Shown in pieces: positions 23,224 to 33,477 of a DNA stretch of 64,000 nucleotides. This stretch comes from Thermoanaerobaculia bacterium (GTDB lineage: Bacteria > Acidobacteriota > Thermoanaerobaculia > UBA5066). Where the stretch lies: positions 1 to 64,000 of the forward strand of contig JBBRRY010000007.1 of NCBI GenBank assembly GCA_038245905.1, read 5' to 3'. The notes under the pieces were generated by a model. That model did not search any database and was not told the DNA's origin. It saw only the letters and a list, made by a program, of their open reading frames with translations. The translations under genes and the position numbers were made by a program. Numbering within the stretch: the first letter of the stretch is position 1; each line of letters starts with the position of its first letter.

Positions 23224-24792
23224 ATGGACGGTATGCGCACAAAAACAAAGGTTCTGTCTCTCGCCGCTCTCCTCACCGGATCGGTCGTCTTCGGGATGAT
23301 CCTGGCGGGCAGTCTCGACTTCACGAAGCGCGCTTCGGCCCAGAAGACCTCGGCGGCTTCGGCCGCTCCAGCGGCCGCGTCCGAAGCGGGTCCTGCCCGC
23401 GCCCCGCAGATGATCGCGCTGCCTTCGTTCGCCGATATCGCCGAGCAGGTCATGCCGGCCATCGTGTCGGTCACCGCGACGGACATCATCAAAGCCGACA
23501 AGAACCGGCGGCGCTCGTTTCACAACTTCGGAAACGGGGACCCCTTCGAGTACTTCTTCGGACCCGAGGACGGCCAGAGGGGCAAAGCCGCCCCGGACGA
23601 GGAAGACCAGAAGCAGCTCTCGGGCGGCACCGGCTTCATCATCGAGAGCGACGGCTACATCCTCACGAACAACCACGTCATCGACGGTGCGGAAAAGATC
23701 GAGGTGAAGGTCGGCGACCGGGACGACTATCCGGCGAAAGTCGTGGGCCGCGATCCGGCCACGGACCTCGCGCTCCTGAAGATCGAAGGCCCCCGGCCGT
23801 TCCCGGTCGTGAGGCTCGGGGACTCGGATCGCATTCGCGTGGGCGACTGGGTCATGGCGATCGGCGACCCGCTGGCCTTCGACAAATCCGTGACCGTGGG
23901 CGTCATCTCGGGCAAGGGCCGCTATGCGGGCCTCTCGCAGGCAACGAGCTCGTTCGAGAGCCTCCTCCAGACGGACGCCGCGATCAACTTCGGAAACTCG
24001 GGCGGCCCGCTCGTGAACGTGGCGGGCGAGGTCGTGGGGATCAATACGGCCATCTCGAGCCGCGCGCAGAACATCGGGTTCGCGGTTCCCGTCAACATGG
24101 CGAAGCGCCTTCTTCCCCAGCTCAAGAAGGGCAAGGTTGTCCGCGGTTTCCTCGGCATCGGGATCGAGTCGATCAATAAGAAGTGGCAGGAAACGTACGA
24201 CCTGAAAGCACCCGAAGGCGCCCTCGTGACATCGGTCGAGAAGGACAAGCCCGCCGAAAAGGCCGGGCTGAAGCGTGAGGACGTCATCACGAAGGTCGAC
24301 GATGTCGTCGTGAAGACGAATCGCGACCTGATCGACTACGTGTCGAGCAGGGGCCCGGGCGCGAAGGTCACGATCACGTTCCTCAGGGACGGCAAGGAGA
24401 AGACTGCCGTCGCGACACTCGAGGAGCGCCAGGAAACCGGCGAGAAGCCGGTCAAGGAAGAGGAGGACTCGAAGGCCGGTAACAAGCAGAAGATGCTGGG
24501 CCTCGATCTCGACGACCTCACGCCGCAAGCGCGCCGCGCCTACTCGATCGACCGCGAGCTCCTGAAGGGCGTCGTCATCACGCACGTGAAGCCGGTCTCT
24601 CCGGCCGGGGACGCGAACCTCGCCGAGGGGGACGTCATTCTCGAGGTGAACGGAGCGGCCGTTGCCTCGGTGGAAGAGCTGCAGGCGCAGATGAAGAAGG
24701 CGCCGAAGGGCAAGTACATCCGCTTCTACGTTCAGCGTGGCGGCGGGCGCGGCCCCGCGCAGAAATTCCTGGCGGCCGTCAAGCCAGAGTAG
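23224..24792 (+). CDS. degP: DegP/HtrA (Do) serine endoprotease with two PDZ domains
   Basis: TNNHV, DLALLK and QTDAAINFGNSGGPL catalytic triad motifs; two PDZ domains. Confidence 0.92.
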   Translation: MDGMRTKTKVLSLAALLTGSVVFGMILAGSLDFTKRASAQKTSAASAAPAAASEAGPARAPQMIALPSFADIAEQVMPAIVSVTATDIIKADKNRRRSFHNFGNGDPFEYFFGPEDGQRGKAAPDEEDQKQLSGGTGFIIESDGYILTNNHVIDGAEKIEVKVGDRDDYPAKVVGRDPATDLALLKIEGPRPFPVVRLGDSDRIRVGDWVMAIGDPLAFDKSVTVGVISGKGRYAGLSQATSSFESLLQTDAAINFGNSGGPLVNVAGEVVGINTAISSRAQNIGFAVPVNMAKRLLPQLKKGKVVRGFLGIGIESINKKWQETYDLKAPEGALVTSVEKDKPAEKAGLKREDVITKVDDVVVKTNRDLIDYVSSRGPGAKVTITFLRDGKEKTAVATLEERQETGEKPVKEEEDSKAGNKQKMLGLDLDDLTPQARRAYSIDRELLKGVVITHVKPVSPAGDANLAEGDVILEVNGAAVASVEELQAQMKKAPKGKYIRFYVQRGGGRGPAQKFLAAVKPE

Positions 24793-25939
24793 CGGGCGAA
24801 AAGTCGAAGCGGTTCGCCCTGAGGACCCGGCCGGCCGCGTCGCGTAGGACGCGCTCGTAGAAGGCGTCGCGCTCGAAGGGGTCGCGGCCGGCGCCACGAA
24901 TCATCCGTTCCATTTCGGCGCGCGACAGACCCGACTCGGTCTTCGCCCCCGCCGCGTGCGTGATCGTCTCCTCGGTCACCGTCCCGACGAGATCGTCCGC
25001 TCCGAAGTGGAGCGCCACCGGCGCGAGCTTCTCGCCGATCTGGATCCAGTACGCCTTGACGTGGTCGACGTTGTCGAGCATGAGGCGCGAGACGGCGATT
25101 ACCTTGAGGTCCGTGAGGCCCGTCGCCGCGGGCAGGTCGGGGAGCTGCGTCTCCTCGGGATGGAACGCGAGCGGAATGAACCCGAGGAAGCCGCCCGTGA
25201 CGTCCTGCAGCTCGCGGATGCGCACGAGGTGGTCGACGCGGTCGCGGACGGTCTCGACGCTGCCGTAGAGCATCGTGACGTTCGTCTTGACGCCGTTCTC
25301 GTGGCAGAGCTTCGCGACTTCGAGCCAGCGCTCGCCCGAGATCTTGTCGCGGCAGATGACGTCGCGGACGCGCTTCTCGAAGATCTCGGCGCCGCCGCCG
25401 GGGCAGGAGTCCATCCCGGCGTCCTTCAGCTCGCGGATGACCGTCACGACGTCCTTCTTGGCGATCCGGGCGATCCAGTCGACCTCGACCATCGTCCAGG
25501 CCTTGAGATGAACGCCGGGAAACCGCGTCTTGAGCGCGCGGAGAAGATCGAGATACCAGGAATAGGGAAGTGACGGATGGAGGCCGCCGACGATATGGAG
25601 CTCGGTGATGCCGTCGTGCCAGCCCGCCGCGGATTCCGCGATGGCCTCCTCGATCGACATCGTGTAGCCGCCGTCCACGCCGGGCTTGCGGGCCCAGGCG
25701 CAGAGCGCGCAGTCCACCCAGCAGAGGTTCGTGGGATTCAGGTACCGGTTGACGTTGTAGTAGGCGGTGTTGCCGTGCTTCTTCTCGCGGACGAAGTTCG
25801 CGAGCGCGCCGACGCCGAGGACGTCCGGCGACTCGAAGAGCGCAACCCCGTCCTCGAACGAAAGGCGCCGGCCTCCGGCGACCCTTTCGGCGATCGGGTG
25901 GAGGGGCGACCCGGCGAAACGTTCGAGAAGCCCGCTCAA
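24779..25939 (-). CDS. mqnE: Aminofutalosine synthase MqnE (radical SAM)
   Basis: NPTNLCWVDCALC (CxxxCxxC), ELHIVGGLHP, PGGGAEIF, RLMLDNVDHVKAYW and FGADD motifs. Confidence 0.88.
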   Translation of the reverse strand: MSGLLERFAGSPLHPIAERVAGGRRLSFEDGVALFESPDVLGVGALANFVREKKHGNTAYYNVNRYLNPTNLCWVDCALCAWARKPGVDGGYTMSIEEAIAESAAGWHDGITELHIVGGLHPSLPYSWYLDLLRALKTRFPGVHLKAWTMVEVDWIARIAKKDVVTVIRELKDAGMDSCPGGGAEIFEKRVRDVICRDKISGERWLEVAKLCHENGVKTNVTMLYGSVETVRDRVDHLVRIRELQDVTGGFLGFIPLAFHPEETQLPDLPAATGLTDLKVIAVSRLMLDNVDHVKAYWIQIGEKLAPVALHFGADDLVGTVTEETITHAAGAKTESGLSRAEMERMIRGAGRDPFERDAFYERVLRDAAGRVLRANRFDFSPATLA

Positions 25940-26184
25940 TCCGGCATATCGCCCGTCGAGATCGGGCGCGAGATGACGGGCGGCGCCTGCTGCTCGTCGA
26001 CGGCTCCGGGGTTCAGCTCGTCGTACCGGCCCGCGTAGCGGGTGTAGCAGGAGAGGCAGTAGCGCGCGTCGGGCGTGAACTTGAAATCCGACACGGTGCC
26101 CGAGGCGAGAAGCTCGTCAACGGTCTCGCCGCAGGCGTCGCAGGTGCCCTCGAGGCGGAGGCGTTTCCAGACGGGTCCTGACAT
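25936..26184 (-). CDS. Small hypothetical protein with two CxxC motifs (putative Zn finger)
   Basis: 82 aa with CDAC...CLSC; its stop overlaps the mqnE start; TAAGAT lies 7 nt before the ATG. Confidence 0.65.
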   Translation of the reverse strand: MSGPVWKRLRLEGTCDACGETVDELLASGTVSDFKFTPDARYCLSCYTRYAGRYDELNPGAVDEQQAPPVISRPISTGDMPD

Positions 26185-26194
26185 GCGCGGGATC

Positions 26195-27463
26195 TTACCC
26201 GGCCTGCCGCCCTCGCGGTACCAGCGCGAGAAGGCCCACGACGGCGACCGCCGCCACCGCCGCGCCCGTGAGGAACGCGGCCTTCGAGCCGGCGTGCTGC
26301 CAGATGACGCCGAAGACGACGCTCGCGGGCAGCGCCGCGAACCCGATGAGGCCGTTCATCCATCCGAAGGCCCGGCCCCGGTTCCCGGGCTCGACGAGGT
26401 CGGTGACGAGCGCCTTCTCCGTGCCTTCCGAGAGGGAGTAGTAGAGCGAGTAGACCCCGACGAGCGCGAGGAGAGCCGTCGCGGAAGAGACGAAGGCGAA
26501 GCCCGCGTAGCAGACCGCGTAGAGCGTCCACGCGAAGAGAAGAAGGCGCTTGCGCCCGAAGCGGTCCGACAGGCCCCCACCCCACGTCGAGAAAGCGGAC
26601 TTGACCGCGTTCGAGAACGCCCAGAGGACCGGCAGCCAGGCCGCGGCGATCCCGAGCTCCTTCGCCTTGAGGAGGAGGAACGTGTCCGACGACGCGGCGA
26701 GCGCGAAAAACGCAAAGACGCCCGCGGTGCGCCAGAAGAGGGGAGGAAGAGGGAGAGGAAGATTTTCTTCGAATGGTAAAGAGGCAGAGGGCGAGGAGGG
26801 TACCCCGCCCGCCGCGTCCTTCTCTTCACCTTTCAAAGAAATATTCTTTTCTGTCTTTTCCTCAACTCCGAACCAAAGGACCAGCAGCGACAGCGCCGCC
26901 GGAATTGCGGCCAGCAGGAACACCGTCCGAAAGCTGAAGCCCAGCCACCCGATGAGGCCCGCCGCGAGGAGCGGGCCGAGGACGGCCCCCGCGTTGTCGA
27001 ACGCGCGATGGAGGCCAAAGGCCGCGCCGCGGCGGCCGGGGGGAGCCGCGTTCGCGATCATCGTGTCGCGTGGGGCGGTGCGGACGCCCTTGCCGACGCG
27101 GTCGAAGAAGCGGATGAGGACGACCGTCGGCCAGCCCGGGGCCAGGCCGATGAGCGGGCGCGCGAGCGACGAGAGCCCATACCCGAGGAAGACGAGAGGC
27201 TTCTTCGCCTTTGCGCGGTCCGTCCATTTGCCCGACAGGATCTTCACGAACGAGGCCGTCGCGTCCGCAACGCCCTCGATCCAGCCGAGCGCGGTCGCGG
27301 CGACCCCCGGGAGCGTCGTCAGGAACGCCGGCAGGAGCGGCACGATCATTTCCGAGGAAACGTCGGTCAGGAACGAGACCCAGCCGAGCCGCACGACGGC
27401 CTTCGGAAGGCCCGTGGCACCCGACGGAGCAGAATCGCCGCGGATGTCTCTCGTCTCGACCAC
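26195..27463 (-). CDS. MFS transporter
   Basis: GWVSFLTDVSSEMI, DRVGKGVRTAPRD and GGLSDRFGRK motifs. Start uncertain (27472, 27463 or 27394). Confidence 0.9.
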   Translation of the reverse strand: MVETRDIRGDSAPSGATGLPKAVVRLGWVSFLTDVSSEMIVPLLPAFLTTLPGVAATALGWIEGVADATASFVKILSGKWTDRAKAKKPLVFLGYGLSSLARPLIGLAPGWPTVVLIRFFDRVGKGVRTAPRDTMIANAAPPGRRGAAFGLHRAFDNAGAVLGPLLAAGLIGWLGFSFRTVFLLAAIPAALSLLVLWFGVEEKTEKNISLKGEEKDAAGGVPSSPSASLPFEENLPLPLPPLFWRTAGVFAFFALAASSDTFLLLKAKELGIAAAWLPVLWAFSNAVKSAFSTWGGGLSDRFGRKRLLLFAWTLYAVCYAGFAFVSSATALLALVGVYSLYYSLSEGTEKALVTDLVEPGNRGRAFGWMNGLIGFAALPASVVFGVIWQHAGSKAAFLTGAAVAAVAVVGLLALVPRGRQAG

Positions 27464-28079
27464 TGCCTTCATTCTGAAGCTAGATCCCCTTTCCGAGAAG
27501 GACCTCGTCGCGGCCCTCCTCACGAAGGATCATGGCGTCGTGCGTGCCGCCGTGCGCGGCGCGCGCGGAAAGTCGAAACGCGCCGCGGCGCTTCAGCTCC
27601 TGACGGAGGTTTCGCTCACGTACTTCCGCCGCGAAGGGGCCGATCTCGCGCGCCTCGACGGCCTCGAGATCGTGGCGAGCGCCTTCGACCTGGCGTCTCG
27701 GGCCGAATCCGCGATGCTTCTTCCGTATCTCGCGGAGAGCGCGCTGACGTTCGTGCCCGAATCCGAGCAAGGGGGGGACGTCTACCGGCTCGTCCGGCAC
27801 GTCCTGGACGCACTCCTGGCCGGTGTTCCCGCACCCCTCGCCGCGCGCTACTTCGAGGTATGGCTCCTCCGGTTCGCTGGAGTCCTGCCCGAAGAGGACG
27901 CACCTCCCGACGTTCGCGCGCTTCTCGAAGCCATGCGCAAGCTTCCCCTCGCCGCCCTTTCCAAAAACCCTCCGTCGTCCGCCGCACTCGGCGCCCTCGA
28001 GGACGTCACACGGGAGGCCCGCCGGAGCTTCCTCGGGCACGAGCTGAAGAGCTACCGGTTCCTCACCGCGCTCCACTGA
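27444..28079 (+). CDS. recO: DNA repair protein RecO (short form)
   Basis: TAFILK..SEKDLVAALLTKDHG..VRGARGKS OB-fold, YFEVWLLRFAG and ELKSY; directly upstream of glyQ. Confidence 0.85.
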   Translation: MSLVSTTAFILKLDPLSEKDLVAALLTKDHGVVRAAVRGARGKSKRAAALQLLTEVSLTYFRREGADLARLDGLEIVASAFDLASRAESAMLLPYLAESALTFVPESEQGGDVYRLVRHVLDALLAGVPAPLAARYFEVWLLRFAGVLPEEDAPPDVRALLEAMRKLPLAALSKNPPSSAALGALEDVTREARRSFLGHELKSYRFLTALH

Positions 28080-28124
28080 GCGCGGATTCGGTACACTTCA
28101 AGGCCCCGAGGCGGGCATAAACGA

Positions 28125-29009
28125 ATGGACCTGCAGACTCTCATCCTGAAGTTGTCGGCTTACTGGGCGTCGAAGGGCTGTCTCCTCGAGCAGCCCTGGG
28201 ACGTCGAGGTGGGGGCGGGCACCATGCATCCCGCGACTTTCCTCCGCGTGCTCGGGCCCGAGCCGTGGCGCGCGGCGTACGTCCAGCCCTCGCGGCGTCC
28301 GGCCGACGGGCGCTACGGACAGAACCCGTTCCGCCTCGTCAAACACCAGCAGTTCCAGGTCGTGATGAAGCCGGCGCCCGAAGCCATCCAGGATCTCTAC
28401 GTCGAGAGCCTCGTCGCCCTCGGGATCGACCCGAAAGAGCACGACCTCCGCTTCGAAGAGGACAACTGGGAATCCCCGACGCTCGGGGCATGGGGAGTCG
28501 GCTGGCAGGTTCTTCTCGACGGCATGGAGATCACCCAGTTCACGTACTTCCAGCAGGCCGGCGGCATCGACCTCGCGCCCATCACGGCCGAGATCACGTA
28601 CGGGCTCGAGCGGCTCACGATGTTTCTCGCCAGGCAGCGGAGCGTTTACGACATCGAGTGGGCGCCGGGCGTGACGTACGGCGAGGCCCGAAAGCAGGAC
28701 GAGTACGAGGTCTCGAAGTACGGCTTCGAAGTGGCCGACACCTCCCTCTGGCAGACGCTCTTCGATCGTTTCGAGGCGGAGGCCGTGCGCTGCCTCGACG
28801 CGGGGCTCGTCCTTCCCGCGTACGACTTCGCGCTGAAGTGCTCGCATGCGTTCAACATCCTGGACGCGCGCGGCGCGGTCTCGGCAACGGATCGTGTCGG
28901 GGTCATCCGCCGCGTGCGCGAGCTGGCCGTCCGCTGCGCGCAGGCTTACGTGGCGTCACGCGAAGCCCAGGGCTTCCCGCTGCTTCGGAAGGCGGCAGAG
29001 CATGGCTGA
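28125..29009 (+). CDS. glyQ: Glycine--tRNA ligase alpha subunit
   Basis: [24 protein letters not shown] and [12 protein letters not shown] motifs. Confidence 0.98.
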   Translation: MDLQTLILKLSAYWASKGCLLEQPWDVEVGAGTMHPATFLRVLGPEPWRAAYVQPSRRPADGRYGQNPFRLVKHQQFQVVMKPAPEAIQDLYVESLVALGIDPKEHDLRFEEDNWESPTLGAWGVGWQVLLDGMEITQFTYFQQAGGIDLAPITAEITYGLERLTMFLARQRSVYDIEWAPGVTYGEARKQDEYEVSKYGFEVADTSLWQTLFDRFEAEAVRCLDAGLVLPAYDFALKCSHAFNILDARGAVSATDRVGVIRRVRELAVRCAQAYVASREAQGFPLLRKAAEHG

Positions 29010-31065
29010 ATTTCTCTTCGAAATTCTCGCCGAGGAAATCCCGGCGGGAGTCCTGCCCGCGGCGCGCGAGGACCTCCTCACGAAAGTGTCCGCCGCATTC
29101 GCCCTGGAACGCCTCGGCGGGACGCTGTCCGTCTACTCCACGTCACGCCGGCTCGCCCTCGTCGGCGAGGGCGTGGTCGACCACCAGCCGGACGCCGAAA
29201 CCGAAGTCACCGGTCCTCCGGCCTCGGTCGGCTACGACGCCGACGGCAATCCGACGAAGGCCGCGATCGGGTTCGCGAGGGCGCAGGGCGTCCCAGTGGA
29301 AGACCTCTGCGTCGCGACGCTCCCGAAGGGCCCCTACGTCGTCGCGAAGAAGGTGACGCCCGGCCGCCCCGCACCCGAAGTGATCGGCGCGATCCTTCCC
29401 GCGCTCGTCGAGAAGATGACGTTTCCCCGCATGATGCGCTGGGGCGACGGCACGCCCCAGTGGATCCGGCCCGTGCATTCGGTCCTCGCGCTGTTCGACG
29501 GGCTCGTGATTCCGATGAGCCTCTTCGGCGTCGAGAGCGGCCGGACCACGTCCGGTCATCGCACGCTCGCCCCGGGACGAATCGTGACGATGGGAGTCTC
29601 CGACTGGTTCCAGAAATTGCGCGCCGCGCACGTGGAGCCAGACCTCGCCGTCCGCCGCGCCCGCTTCCAGGAGCAGGCGCAGGCCCTTGCCTCCGAAGTC
29701 GGCGGCGAGCCCGCGGACGACGCGGCCCTCCTCGACACGTGGGCCCACCTCGTCGAGTCGCCGGGCGTCGTGCGGGGGTCCTTCGATCCGGGCTTCCTCG
29801 AGCTGCCGGAGGAGATCCTCGTCACGTCGATGCGCGAGCACCAGAAGATGCTGCCGGTGCGCTCCTCGGGCGCGCTGTCCCCCCACTTCCTCGCGGTATG
29901 CGACCAGACCTCCGACCCGAAGGGGCTCATCGCGCTCGGCAACGAGTGGGTCACGGCCGCGCGCTTTTCGGACGCGCGCTTTTTCTGGGACGACGACGGA
30001 AAGAAGAAGCTCGAAGACCGGCTCCCGGCGCTCGGCAGGCTCCAGTTCCAGGAGACGCTCGGCGACACCCTGAAGAAGACCGGCCGCATCCAGGACCTCG
30101 CTGAGAAACTTGCGGCGCGGCTCGGCCTCTCTCACCTCGACAGCCTGCTCGTGCGCGCGGCGCGGCTCATGAAGGCGGACCTCGTCACTGACATGGTCCG
30201 CGAGTTTCCCGACCTGCAGGGAATCGTGGGCGGCCTCTACGCCCGGCGCGATGGCGAGCGCGAAGAAGTCTGGCAGGCGCTTTATGACCAGTACCGCCCT
30301 GCCTCGGCCGACGACCGCGTTCCTCGGGGCGACGTCGGAGGCGCGGTCGCGCTCGCGGACCGGCTGGACACGCTCACCGGCCTCTTCGGCCTCGGCCTCG
30401 CACCGACCGGCTCGAAGGATCCGTACGCGCTCCGACGCTCGGCCCTCGGCGTCGTGAAGATCGTTCTCGAAAAGAAGTGGCGCTTCGACCTTCCCGCGGC
30501 CTGCGCCGAAGCGGCCGCGCTTCACGGCGGGCTGCCGCGAGCGAAGGACGAGATACTGGGCGAGCTCTCGGCGTTCTTCCTGGAACGCCTGCGTTTTCTC
30601 CTCGAGAAAAAAGGGCACGCGCCCGACGTCGTCGAAGCCGTCCTGACGACCGACTGCTCCGACCTTGCGGATGCCGAAGAGCGCGTGGAGGCGGTCGAGG
30701 CCATGCGCAAGGAGCAGGACTTCCTGCCGCTCGCCTCCGCGTTCAAGCGGATGCAGAACATCCTCGCGCAGGCGCCCGAGGCGGCAGGCGAATTCGATCC
30801 TGCGCTGATGACGGACGACGCCGAAAAGGCGCTCGCGCTCGACTACCTGCAGGCGAAGGGGATGCTCGACGACCTGGTGGCGAATCGCCGCTACCGCGAC
30901 GCGCTGTCGATCATGGCGTCCCTCGGGCCGGGCCTCGATCGCTTCTTCAGCGAGGTTCACGTCATGGCCGAGGACCCCGAGGTGAAGGCGAACCGTATCG
31001 CGCTCCTTCGCTCGATGCGCGACCAGTTCGTCCGCGTGGCGCGGTTCTCCGAGATTCGCGGCTGA
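29002..31065 (+). CDS. glyS: Glycine--tRNA ligase beta subunit
   Basis: [28 protein letters not shown] and [12 protein letters not shown] motifs; overlaps the glyQ stop. Confidence 0.97.
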   Translation: MAEFLFEILAEEIPAGVLPAAREDLLTKVSAAFALERLGGTLSVYSTSRRLALVGEGVVDHQPDAETEVTGPPASVGYDADGNPTKAAIGFARAQGVPVEDLCVATLPKGPYVVAKKVTPGRPAPEVIGAILPALVEKMTFPRMMRWGDGTPQWIRPVHSVLALFDGLVIPMSLFGVESGRTTSGHRTLAPGRIVTMGVSDWFQKLRAAHVEPDLAVRRARFQEQAQALASEVGGEPADDAALLDTWAHLVESPGVVRGSFDPGFLELPEEILVTSMREHQKMLPVRSSGALSPHFLAVCDQTSDPKGLIALGNEWVTAARFSDARFFWDDDGKKKLEDRLPALGRLQFQETLGDTLKKTGRIQDLAEKLAARLGLSHLDSLLVRAARLMKADLVTDMVREFPDLQGIVGGLYARRDGEREEVWQALYDQYRPASADDRVPRGDVGGAVALADRLDTLTGLFGLGLAPTGSKDPYALRRSALGVVKIVLEKKWRFDLPAACAEAAALHGGLPRAKDEILGELSAFFLERLRFLLEKKGHAPDVVEAVLTTDCSDLADAEERVEAVEAMRKEQDFLPLASAFKRMQNILAQAPEAAGEFDPALMTDDAEKALALDYLQAKGMLDDLVANRRYRDALSIMASLGPGLDRFFSEVHVMAEDPEVKANRIALLRSMRDQFVRVARFSEIRG

Positions 31066-31069
31066 GGGC

Positions 31070-31801
31070 TCAGCGCGGGAGCGCGAGCGTGAGCGCGAGG
31101 TGGAGGAGGGCCGTGAGGTCTCCCTCCGTCGCGACGACGCCCTTCTTGTAGCCTTCGGGACTGCCCGGCGGGGCGTAGAGGCCGGGGATCGTCCTTGGCG
31201 CCACGAGAGCGAGCGTGACGGGATGCGTGCCCTTGAACGAGGCCTCCACGGGCACGATCGCGGTGGCGCGCGCGAGCTCGGTCGCGATGACCTTTCCGAT
31301 CTGGACGTGGAGGACCTCCCTCGCCGGAGCGGCGAGGAGCGGGATCCGGCCCACGAACTCCCCGATGACCGTGTTGAGCGCTGCGCCGAGGATGGGCCCG
31401 AGGGCGTTCGTGCGTTCGACGAAGAGGCGCGCGTGCAGATTCACATGGCTCGGCAGCTTCACGGGCCCGCCGAAGAACGGAACGCCGTTCAGGTCCGGCG
31501 GCAGGTCCGCCGCGGAAACGGTCGCTCCGGACGCCGCCGCGAACGGCAGGCGCGCGGACGCGAGAGCGGCGTTCCCCGCCGCCGCAGCGGGGTCCTCGAG
31601 CTGCAGGATGAGGGACATGTCCGTCGCTTTCAGGCCCTCGCCCGGCCAGCCGTTGTGCTTCACCTCGATCGAGACGAAGGAAACAGTCAGCGTCGGATAC
31701 GCCTGGAAAGAAGAGGATTTCTTGGAAAGAGAAGAAGGAGATTTCCTGGAAGAAGAAGAGAAAGACTTCTTTGAAAGTGAATGAGAACGTGGCTTGCGCA
31801 T
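31070..31801 (-). CDS. Hypothetical protein with Ser/Lys-rich repeat N-terminus
   Basis: GAGGTG SD before ATG 31801; GC-rich codon usage after the repeat region; no recognised family. Confidence 0.6.
   Translation of the reverse strand: MRKPRSHSLSKKSFSSSSRKSPSSLSKKSSSFQAYPTLTVSFVSIEVKHNGWPGEGLKATDMSLILQLEDPAAAAGNAALASARLPFAAASGATVSAADLPPDLNGVPFFGGPVKLPSHVNLHARLFVERTNALGPILGAALNTVIGEFVGRIPLLAAPAREVLHVQIGKVIATELARATAIVPVEASFKGTHPVTLALVAPRTIPGLYAPPGSPEGYKKGVVATEGDLTALLHLALTLALPR
31711..31780 (+). repeat. Three tandem 24-nt-period copies of the dispersed GATTTCTTNGAAR motif
   Basis: Cores TTTCTTGGAA (31718), TTTCCTGGAA (31742) and CTTCTTTGAA (31766), each flanked by purine tracts. Confidence 0.8.
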
Positions 31802-31841
31802 CGGCTCACCTCTAATGGGACGGCGTTTCCGTCCGATTCTT

Positions 31842-32756
31842 TCACTCTTTTTCCAGCGGCAGCGAAGGGTCGGCGGACCACTCCCACAGGGACCCGTCAT
31901 AGTTCCTGGCGAGGATCCCGAGGTGCGCTTCGAGGAGGACGGCGAGAAGCGCCGAGCGAACGCCGCCCGTGCAATACGTGATCGGCCTGTCTCCACGGCG
32001 GTTCTCTCCCTCCGTGCCGAGCCCTGCGAGTCGCATGAGCTCGTCCGCGCCGACGTATCGACCCTTCTCGTCGTAAAGGCTCTTCGCGGGCACGAGGCGC
32101 GCGCCGGGGATGTGGCCACCGCGCTTCTGTCCGGACATCGTCTCGCCCGCGAATTCCGCCGGCGTGCGCGCGTCCAGAAGCCGCGTGCCTTTCACGTCGA
32201 GAGCCGCCTTCATCTCGGCCCTTTCGATCCGTCGCTCCGGGCGGACGCGCAGGACGAAATCGCCAGGCGCCGAGCGTACCGCCGCGGTCTCGACCGGGCG
32301 CGCGGCATCGGCCCGCCAGGCCGGAAAGCCGCCGTCCAGCAGCCAGACTTCTCCGGCGCCCCAGTAAAGGAGGTTCCAGGCGATGCGCCCTTCCTCGCCC
32401 CATCCGCCGGGCGCGCCGACGACGAGGACGGGCCGTTCGTTCGAGAGGCCGAGCGCGCGCAGACGGCGCTCGAGGTTTGCGTCCGGCGGCGGGACGCGAC
32501 CCCAGCGTGCCGGGTCTCCGAAGAGCGAGCCGAGGAGCCCCGGCTTCTCGAGCGTCCACTCGCGCCAGTCGACGCGCGTTGAGCCCGGCACGTGACCCGC
32601 CGCGAATTCCTTCGCGCTCCGTGCGTCGAGGACGGAGACGGCAGGGAGGCGACGGGCCGCTTCGGCAGCATCGACGACGCGGACGATGCCGGAGGGGGCC
32701 GGTGACGCCGCACCCGCGACGAGGAGCAACGTGACCGAAAAAAGCGCGGCGCTCAC
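31842..32756 (-). CDS. Exported tandem-domain rhodanese/sulfurtransferase
   Basis: Signal peptide, VLDARS..GHVPGS, LLDGG, GHIPGA, active site YCTGGVRS and YDGSLWEWS. Confidence 0.9.
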   Translation of the reverse strand: MSAALFSVTLLLVAGAASPAPSGIVRVVDAAEAARRLPAVSVLDARSAKEFAAGHVPGSTRVDWREWTLEKPGLLGSLFGDPARWGRVPPPDANLERRLRALGLSNERPVLVVGAPGGWGEEGRIAWNLLYWGAGEVWLLDGGFPAWRADAARPVETAAVRSAPGDFVLRVRPERRIERAEMKAALDVKGTRLLDARTPAEFAGETMSGQKRGGHIPGARLVPAKSLYDEKGRYVGADELMRLAGLGTEGENRRGDRPITYCTGGVRSALLAVLLEAHLGILARNYDGSLWEWSADPSLPLEKE

Positions 32757-32775
32757 CCTGGCACGTCGAAGCGTT

Positions 32776-33363
32776 CTAGAACCGGTATGGCACGAGTGCC
32801 GGGTTGACGGGATGGGCCGTGAGGGAGATCTTGGGCGCCCCCTGGTACATGACTCCGACGTCGAACGCGAAACGCAGCGCGCTTCCGGACCGGACGGCGT
32901 TCCCCCAGCCCAGACCGACGTAGGGGCACACGTCGTTGGCCGTGGCCTCTCCGTCGATCGTGCCTACGTTCGCGACGGAGTACGTCACGCCGTTGACCGA
33001 AATCGTGCCCGAAGCCGGAGATGTTCCTGTGACTTTGTTCCGGCTGTACACGCCGCCGATCGACAGTCGTGTGGCCTTTCCGCCCGGATGGACGTCGAGG
33101 AGCAGCCATGCGCTCCGGAGCGAGGCCTTCCCGTCGTACGTGAGGTCCTGCTCCGTGAAGGATCTCGAGAGGGAAAACCCCTGGACTCCCGCACGGAGGT
33201 TGAAGCTCGGCGCGAGGCCGATCGTGAGATCGAGGCCGGCGCCGAGGGTACCGGCCTTGAGGCCGAGGGCGACGCCCTGGGCCTGCGACCGGCCCGAGGG
33301 GCTCACCAAAGCGAAGGCGATCGCGAGAAGAGTCGAAACGTTCGACCTCGAGAAGAGACGCAT
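32776..33363 (-). CDS. Putative outer-membrane beta-barrel protein (possibly internally deleted)
   Basis: AAGGAGG SD, signal peptide, KAGTLGAGLD, PYVGLGWGN, DVGVMYQG and terminal YRF. Confidence 0.7.
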   Translation of the reverse strand: MRLFSRSNVSTLLAIAFALVSPSGRSQAQGVALGLKAGTLGAGLDLTIGLAPSFNLRAGVQGFSLSRSFTEQDLTYDGKASLRSAWLLLDVHPGGKATRLSIGGVYSRNKVTGTSPASGTISVNGVTYSVANVGTIDGEATANDVCPYVGLGWGNAVRSGSALRFAFDVGVMYQGAPKISLTAHPVNPALVPYRF

Positions 33364-33477
33364 GGGGCGGCCTCCTTTTCGCCGAAGGACTCCTACCGAC
33401 GAGTCCAGTATGGCGCTTCCACGCGCCCTCCTCCGCCGAATCACCGTAGAATCTGAGAGTCGTTCAAGGAGGACTTC

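Noticed and set aside
31700-31790. Possible CRISPR array
   Set aside because: Only three degenerate 24-nt-period units with no unique spacers and no cas genes.
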